A stretch of DNA of 63,962 nt, counting the filler, from Caldilineae bacterium (lineage in GTDB: Bacteria > Chloroflexota > Anaerolineae > DTLA01), in NCBI GenBank assembly GCA_037446815.1. It is 3 parts of 3 records of this genome, joined end to end, with 100 filler letters (N's around TTAATTAATTAA, not from the genome) between each part and the next. Parts side by side here need not be neighbours in the genome. Positions count along the whole stretch, not along the records: positions 47,523 to 63,962 come from JBBIHX010000057.1; 2 more parts are not named here. The stretch is one strand, 5' to 3'. Position 1 is the first letter of the stretch; each line of letters starts with the position of its first letter. The notes beneath the pieces are model-generated. The model did not search any database, was not told the DNA's origin, and saw only the letters and a list, made by a program, of their open reading frames with translations. Below, one piece after another: positions 58,920 through 63,962 of the stretch. A program made the translations under genes and the position numbers.

Positions 58920-58948
58920 ATTGTAGCAGGTGCGAGGCAGGGCGGCAA
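58920..58948 (-). promoter_or_regulatory. Sigma70-type promoter of the SPFH gene
   Basis: TTGCCG, 17-nt spacer, TACAAT. Confidence 0.6.
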
Positions 58949-58968
58949 ATGCCGGGGTGTCTGGACTA

Positions 58969-59108
58969 GGTTTCATCTTGTGTTGGTGAGACGCATGGGC
59001 ACTCTCCTCGTGTGTCGTTGCGAGCGAAGCGAAGCAACCTCACGCTCCAGAGATTGCTTCGGGCGCTCCGCGCCCTCGCAATGACAAATACCAACAGACT
59101 TTGGAACC
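58969..59108. mobile_element. 140-bp family F MITE-like element with different internal cargo
   Basis: GGTTTCATCTTGTGTTGG ... CCAACAGACTTTGGAACC enclosing GCGAAGCAACCT..GATTGCTTC..CCTCGCAATGAC. Confidence 0.65.
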
Positions 59109-59119
59109 GAATCGGCGTC

Positions 59120-59265
59120 TGGTATCCGCGGATAGCACGGATTGGCGCGGACAGGGGCGGGAGATTCTTCGCGGCTTCGCCGCTCAGAATGGCGGGGCCG
59201 TTGGTTACGTGCGACGCACTTCGGAAGTGCGTCGCACGTTGTGGCCCCATCTGTCATGATGAGCG
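59120..59265. repeat. Mosaic repeat array (G, B, E)
   Basis: Family E palindrome at 59207-59239; family B arm at about 59160-59190. Confidence 0.8.
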
Positions 59266-59609
59266 GGCAGCGTGCCCGGCGCGCCGCGACATGAGGCAAA
59301 GCCCAATTGGTGCAAATTCCTTGTTCCAGAACCCAAAATGTGTGATATAATGGGTGCAGGGCTCTTGACGAACCTTCGGGCCACGGTCATTGACCCGTCC
59401 GCGCCCGCGGGGTATTGGGGCGGCGACCCCGATACCGCAGGGAGCGCGGCGTGGAGTCGGTTTCGCGCCCGCGTCGGCGCCATTGCGGCAGGGGTCGCTT
59501 CTGAGGAAGCCGCGTATCATGGACTCTGCGAGGGCGTTCGCGCCCGCCGCACTGATGGGCCTTCTCCGGTGTTCTCTCGCACATCACTCGCTTGAACGAA
59601 GGCAAGGGT

Positions 59610-60953
59610 ATGACCCGAGATCGCGCGACGCACAACATGCCTGAAGCCCCGTCCTTGCCTTGCGCTGCGCCGGCGGGGCGGGTCGCGCGCGTGAGGGTGG
59701 GGATCGCGGCTGCGACCCTGGCGGCGGGCTTGGCGCTGGCTGCGTGTCGCGGTGCGACGGCCCCTGTGCCCACGCAGACGCCTGTGGCCGTCCCTACGGC
59801 CAGCGCCGTGGCGACTTCCCCGGCCCCCCAGACTTCGCCCACGCCTGCCGCGTCTCCCATGACGCTCTACGTCTGGGTGTCGTCGGACTTCGCGGCTGCG
59901 GTCGGGGCCAACGGCGCGGCTGTGCAAGGGTTCAACGAGATGTATCCGGGCGTTCGCGTGCACGTCGCCGTCAAGGAAGCCTACGGCAAGGGCGGCCTGA
60001 CGGATTTGCTGGCGGGCGCCAGTCGGGTGGCCCCGCTATACTTGCCCGACCTGGTCTTGACGACCGAGGACAGCCTGGCGGAGATCGCCGCGCTCGGCTT
60101 GCTTCAGCCCGCCGACGCGCTCCTGCCCACCGCGCGCGATGCGCTCTTCCCCAACATTGGGAGCGCGGCCCGTCTGGGCATCCCCTTTGCGATGGATTTC
60201 CCGCTCCTGGCCTATCGCCCGCCCATCACGTTGCCCCTGTCGTGGGATGCCATTGCGGCCGGCGGGGGGCGCTATGCGTTCGCCGCGGGCAACGAGGACG
60301 CGTCGGTGCAGGCGCTGCTGGTACAGTACCTTGCGTTGGGCGGCTCGCTGGTGGACGCTGAAGGCGAGCCGTCGCTGGATAGCCGCCTCCTGACCCGTGC
60401 GCTGGAAATCTACCGCGATTTGGACACGTGGGGGGTTCTCGCCCCGGAAGCGGCATCGCTGGACAACGTGGGCGAGGTGTGGGACCTGTACGAAGCGGGG
60501 CGCGTCAACTTCGCCGCCGTCTTGGTGTCGCAGGTTCGGCGGAACGCGGCGGCCCTGGGCGACACGGCGCTGTTGGCGTTTCCCGCGCCCGACGGTCGCC
60601 CCGCCACCCTGGCGCGCGTGTGGGCGTGGGCGGTTGTGTCGCGCGCCCCGGAAAGGCAGCAGGCCGCCGCCCGATTCCTGGAGTGGGTCCTTCAGCCCGC
60701 GCAGCAATCGGCCTGGTGCGATGCCGCGGGGTTTGTGCCCACGCAGCCGTCGGCCTGGCCTCTTGCGCGACTATCCCCGACGCACAGCGAGTTCCTGTTG
60801 AGCCTGGCGCAGGCGGCGACTCCGTATCCCCCCGCGCTGCGGACCGGCGCCGTTTCGTCGGCGCTGCGCACGGCGCTTGCGCAGGTCCTTGCAGGGCAAC
60901 TCTCTCCGCGCCAGGCCGCCGACCAGGCTTTGGCCAAGATCCGTCAACAGTGA
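59610..60953 (+). CDS. Extracellular solute-binding lipoprotein (sugar ABC family 1-like)
   Basis: Lipobox LAAC, Pro/Thr linker, PDLV, GIPFAMD, AAARFLEWV; start codon uncertain. Confidence 0.75.
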   Translation: MTRDRATHNMPEAPSLPCAAPAGRVARVRVGIAAATLAAGLALAACRGATAPVPTQTPVAVPTASAVATSPAPQTSPTPAASPMTLYVWVSSDFAAAVGANGAAVQGFNEMYPGVRVHVAVKEAYGKGGLTDLLAGASRVAPLYLPDLVLTTEDSLAEIAALGLLQPADALLPTARDALFPNIGSAARLGIPFAMDFPLLAYRPPITLPLSWDAIAAGGGRYAFAAGNEDASVQALLVQYLALGGSLVDAEGEPSLDSRLLTRALEIYRDLDTWGVLAPEAASLDNVGEVWDLYEAGRVNFAAVLVSQVRRNAAALGDTALLAFPAPDGRPATLARVWAWAVVSRAPERQQAAARFLEWVLQPAQQSAWCDAAGFVPTQPSAWPLARLSPTHSEFLLSLAQAATPYPPALRTGAVSSALRTALAQVLAGQLSPRQAADQALAKIRQQ

Positions 60954-60960
60954 GGTGGAC

Positions 60961-62337
60961 GTGGCGTACCCATTGGGCTTCGTGCGCAACATACCGGAGA
61001 ACCCCGTGGAGACTCGCCACCGCGAGGATGCCGCCGCGCTGATGCGGGCGGCGCTGGAAGCGGTGGACCCGCGCCTCGCCATCCACAGGATGCTGCGCCT
61101 CTCGGAGGGTGTGCTCCACGTGCGGGGCAAGACCTACGACTTGGGGCGCTATCGCAGGGTCGTGGTTGTGGGGGCGGGCAAGGCGGCTCCCGCGATGGCG
61201 TCGGCGGTGGAGGAGATTCTGGGCGACCGCATCGCCGAGGGCCTGGTGATCGCCAAGCGCGGGCAGCTGGCCGGCTACGTGGGTCATCGCATTCAGGTTG
61301 TGGAGGGGAGCCATCCCACGCCCGACGAAGCCGGTCTTCAGGGCGCGCAGCGGATCGCGGACATGCTGGAACCGCTGGGGCCGCACGATTTGGTTATCGG
61401 CCTGTTCTCCGGAGGCGGCTCGGCGCTCCTCACGCTTCCCGCCCATGGCATCCGCCTGGCCGATTTGCAGGAACTGACCCAGGCCCTGCTGAAATCGGGC
61501 GCAACCATCAATGAAATCAACTGCGTGCGGAAGCACCTGTCGCTGGTCAAGGGCGGGCAACTGGCCAGGCTGGCCCATCCGGCCACGGTCATCTCGCTCA
61601 TCCTGTCCGACGTGGTGGGCAGCCCGCTGGATGTCGTCGCCTCCGGCCCGACGGTTCCCGACCCCACCACCTTTGAGGATGCGTGGCGCATCCTGGAACG
61701 GTACAACCTCATCCGGGGGCTGAACCCCAACATCCGCGGGCGATTGCAGGCCGGGATGGCAGGCGCCGTTCCCGAGACGCCCAAGGAAGGCGATGCGGCG
61801 TTTCGCAATGTGCACAACGTCATCATCGGCAGCAACGAACTCGCGGCGGCGGCAGCGGTGGCCGAGGCGCGCAACCGGGGGTACAACACGCTTCTGCTCA
61901 CCACGTACCTGGAGGGCGAGGCGCGGCACGTGGCGCGGGCGCTGGCCGCCATCGCCAAGGAGTGCGCGCACAGCGGCAATCCCGCGGCGCCGCCCGCGTG
62001 CATCGTGGCCGGCGGCGAAACGACCGTTACCGTAACCGGCAGCGGCGCAGGCGGGCGTAATCAGGAACTGGCCCTGGCAGCCGCCATCGCACTGGAAGGC
62101 TGGCAGGATGTGGCGTTGGCGACCCTGGCGACCGATGGCGGCGACGGCCCCACCGACACGGCAGGCGCCTTCGTAACCGGCGAGACCGTGGCGCGCGCCC
62201 GCGCTCTGGGCCTCGCGGCCAGGGACTACTTGACTAACAACGATTCGTATGCCTTCTTCCAGGCGCTAGGAGATCACGTGATGACCGGCCCCACGGGAAC
62301 AAACGTGAACGACCTCGCGTTTGTCCTGGTGGGTTGA
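60961..62337 (+). CDS. Glycerate 2-kinase (MOFRL/GckA/TtuD family)
   Basis: GAGKAA, SGGGSAL, VKGGQLA, SDVVG, GGETTV, GGRNQE, TGTNVND. Confidence 0.93.
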   Translation: MAYPLGFVRNIPENPVETRHREDAAALMRAALEAVDPRLAIHRMLRLSEGVLHVRGKTYDLGRYRRVVVVGAGKAAPAMASAVEEILGDRIAEGLVIAKRGQLAGYVGHRIQVVEGSHPTPDEAGLQGAQRIADMLEPLGPHDLVIGLFSGGGSALLTLPAHGIRLADLQELTQALLKSGATINEINCVRKHLSLVKGGQLARLAHPATVISLILSDVVGSPLDVVASGPTVPDPTTFEDAWRILERYNLIRGLNPNIRGRLQAGMAGAVPETPKEGDAAFRNVHNVIIGSNELAAAAAVAEARNRGYNTLLLTTYLEGEARHVARALAAIAKECAHSGNPAAPPACIVAGGETTVTVTGSGAGGRNQELALAAAIALEGWQDVALATLATDGGDGPTDTAGAFVTGETVARARALGLAARDYLTNNDSYAFFQALGDHVMTGPTGTNVNDLAFVLVG

Positions 62338-62366
62338 AATACCCGACGCACCGAGGAGGAACCGTT

Positions 62367-63644
62367 ATGTTTGAGACAGCCCTCAAGGCTGATGCCAGGC
62401 GGCGTATCCGACAGATCGGCAGGGCGGACCTCGTCGCCGGCATCCCCACCTACCGCAACGCCAAGACCATCGCCGCGCTGGTGCAACAGGTGTCCATGGG
62501 CCTCGCGGCGCATTATCCCGATTTGCGGATGGTGCTGGTGGTGGCCGATGGGGGATCCACCGACGACACGGTAGAGGCGGCCTCGGCCCCGCCCATGCCC
62601 GACACCGTCAGGCGCATCGTAACGGGCTACCACGGCGTTACAGGGCGTGGCAGCGCCGTGCGCGCCATATTCCAAATGGCGACGGCGCTGGAGGCCGACG
62701 CATGCATCGTCCTGGACGGCGACCTGAAGGCCATGCCGCCCTGGTGGGTACAGGCGCTCGCGGGCCCGGTCCTGTCGGGCGACTACGAGTACGTTACGCC
62801 CTACTACACCTATCCGCGCACGGAAAGCGGGCCCATAGACCTCCTCGCCTACCCGCTGCTTCGGGCGCTGGTGGGCCGGGATGTGCGCCAGCCCACCGCC
62901 GACGTGTTTGGCGTGTCCGGGGAACTGGCGGGGCATTTCGCCGACAAGGACGTGTGGGAGACCGAGGTGGCGCGGGCCGGCGTGGGCGTGTGGATGACAG
63001 CCATCGCCATCCAGGAGGGGCGGCGCATCGGGCAGGCGGCCCTCGGCACCCGCCGACATGAGTCGCGGGAACCGTCCACAACCACAGACCAGGCGTTCTC
63101 GCAGATGGTTGGCACGCTGTTCCGCATGGCCTATATCCTCCGCAAGACGTGGCTCACGTTCCCGCAGGTGCAACCCACGCCCATCGTCGGCAGCGTCCCG
63201 CTTCAACAGGCGGATCGGGGCATCCTTACCGAGATGTACTTGAGCGAGCGATTCCGCCAGGCATCCAAGCGCCACCGCCGCCTGTGGCAGGTGGCCCTCA
63301 CACCCGAGCACCTGGACGAGATACGCGACATCCTCGACCGGCCGAACGAGGGGTTCTGCTTCCCCGACGACCTGTGGGCGCGGTGCGTGTACGACTTCAT
63401 CGTCGTGTACAACAAGGGCGAGGCCGACCCCGACCGGGTGGTGGAGGCTCTTATCCCCCTCTGCTGCGCGCGGCAACTGGCCTTCCTGCAGGAAACGCAG
63501 GGGATGTCGGTTGAGGAGAGCGAGCGCGTCGTGGCGCGGCAGGCGGACGCCTTCATCCGCCAGCGCCCGTACCTCCGCGAGCGCTGGGAGGTGTACGTGC
63601 CCTGGGCGACCGGCCCCAACGCCTCGCCGGCCAGAGGCTCGTAG
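62367..63644 (+). CDS. Glucosyl/mannosyl-glycerate synthase-like glycosyltransferase
   Basis: GIPTYRN, ADGGSTDDT, GRGSA, DGDL, VTPYY, VRQP, W.TEVAR.GV; GAGGAGG RBS. Confidence 0.7.
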   Translation: MFETALKADARRRIRQIGRADLVAGIPTYRNAKTIAALVQQVSMGLAAHYPDLRMVLVVADGGSTDDTVEAASAPPMPDTVRRIVTGYHGVTGRGSAVRAIFQMATALEADACIVLDGDLKAMPPWWVQALAGPVLSGDYEYVTPYYTYPRTESGPIDLLAYPLLRALVGRDVRQPTADVFGVSGELAGHFADKDVWETEVARAGVGVWMTAIAIQEGRRIGQAALGTRRHESREPSTTTDQAFSQMVGTLFRMAYILRKTWLTFPQVQPTPIVGSVPLQQADRGILTEMYLSERFRQASKRHRRLWQVALTPEHLDEIRDILDRPNEGFCFPDDLWARCVYDFIVVYNKGEADPDRVVEALIPLCCARQLAFLQETQGMSVEESERVVARQADAFIRQRPYLRERWEVYVPWATGPNASPARGS

Positions 63645-63766
63645 CGGGGTTAGAGCCGCCGCGCGGGGGGCACCCCCAGTTCCCTCGCCCACCGGGAGAG
63701 GGTGAGGGTGAGGGCCGCGCGGGGGAAAACCTCACCCCCGGCCTTCAGCCTCCCGCGGTGCGACTC

Positions 63767-63930
63767 GGTTCCATCTTGTGGTGGTCTGCCCCGCGCGCCG
63801 CCTGTCCACTCTGTCATGCTGAGCCGAAGGCGATACGCCCTCGCCCTTCGGGAGAGGGCTGGGGTGAGGGGCGAGATTCTTCGCTCTCCGCCGCTCAGAA
63901 TGACGGTAGATGCCAACAGACTTCGGAACC
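63767..63930. mobile_element. 164-bp family F MITE-like element
   Basis: Close copy of 14811-14974; TTGACA follows at 63952. Confidence 0.7.
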
Positions 63931-63962
63931 GCCCCCGCGGTGAGGCGGGGCTTGACACTCGG

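Overview
GC-rich bacterial window from an anaerobe; Chloroflexota/Anaerolineae-like by gene content, which is an inference. It is not one contiguous locus: 23729-23828 and 47423-47522 are artificial N-TTAATTAATTAA-N contig linkers and 19642-19741 is a 100-N gap. Segment 1 is housekeeping and envelope genes: ilvE, an AAC(6')-like GNAT, HAD, PAS, alpha-2-macroglobulin, two DUF881 genes, CPBP, dUTPase, proC, a degenerate DNA-methyltransferase-like protein, tRNA-fMet and tRNA-Met, apt, MazG-like, a PA14 protein and a flavodoxin. Segment 2 holds a ~17-kb [NiFe]-hydrogenase operon of HydABC-SL type whose NuoF subunit is fused to a GltD-like domain, with DRTGG/CBS-kinase/PHP accessory genes and hypABFDE (no hypC), followed by hutI, a penicillin acylase and a GH1. 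Segment 3 holds DUF4012, DUF2723 and GT2 genes, a HylCB-Fdh formate dehydrogenase with an in-frame UGA plus SECIS (selenocysteine), SPFH, a solute-binding lipoprotein, glycerate kinase and a Ggs/Mgs-like glycosyltransferase. The most unusual signals are non-coding. (1) Intergenic mosaics are built from at least seven palindrome families. (2) An 18-bp terminal inverted repeat sits 20-21 nt upstream of a -35 box at five predicted promoters. (3) proC has an apparent proline leader-peptide attenuator. (4) There is a candidate stand-alone sRNA. (5) TCGA, AGCT and GTSAC appear strongly avoided. No CRISPR array, rRNA or transposase was found.
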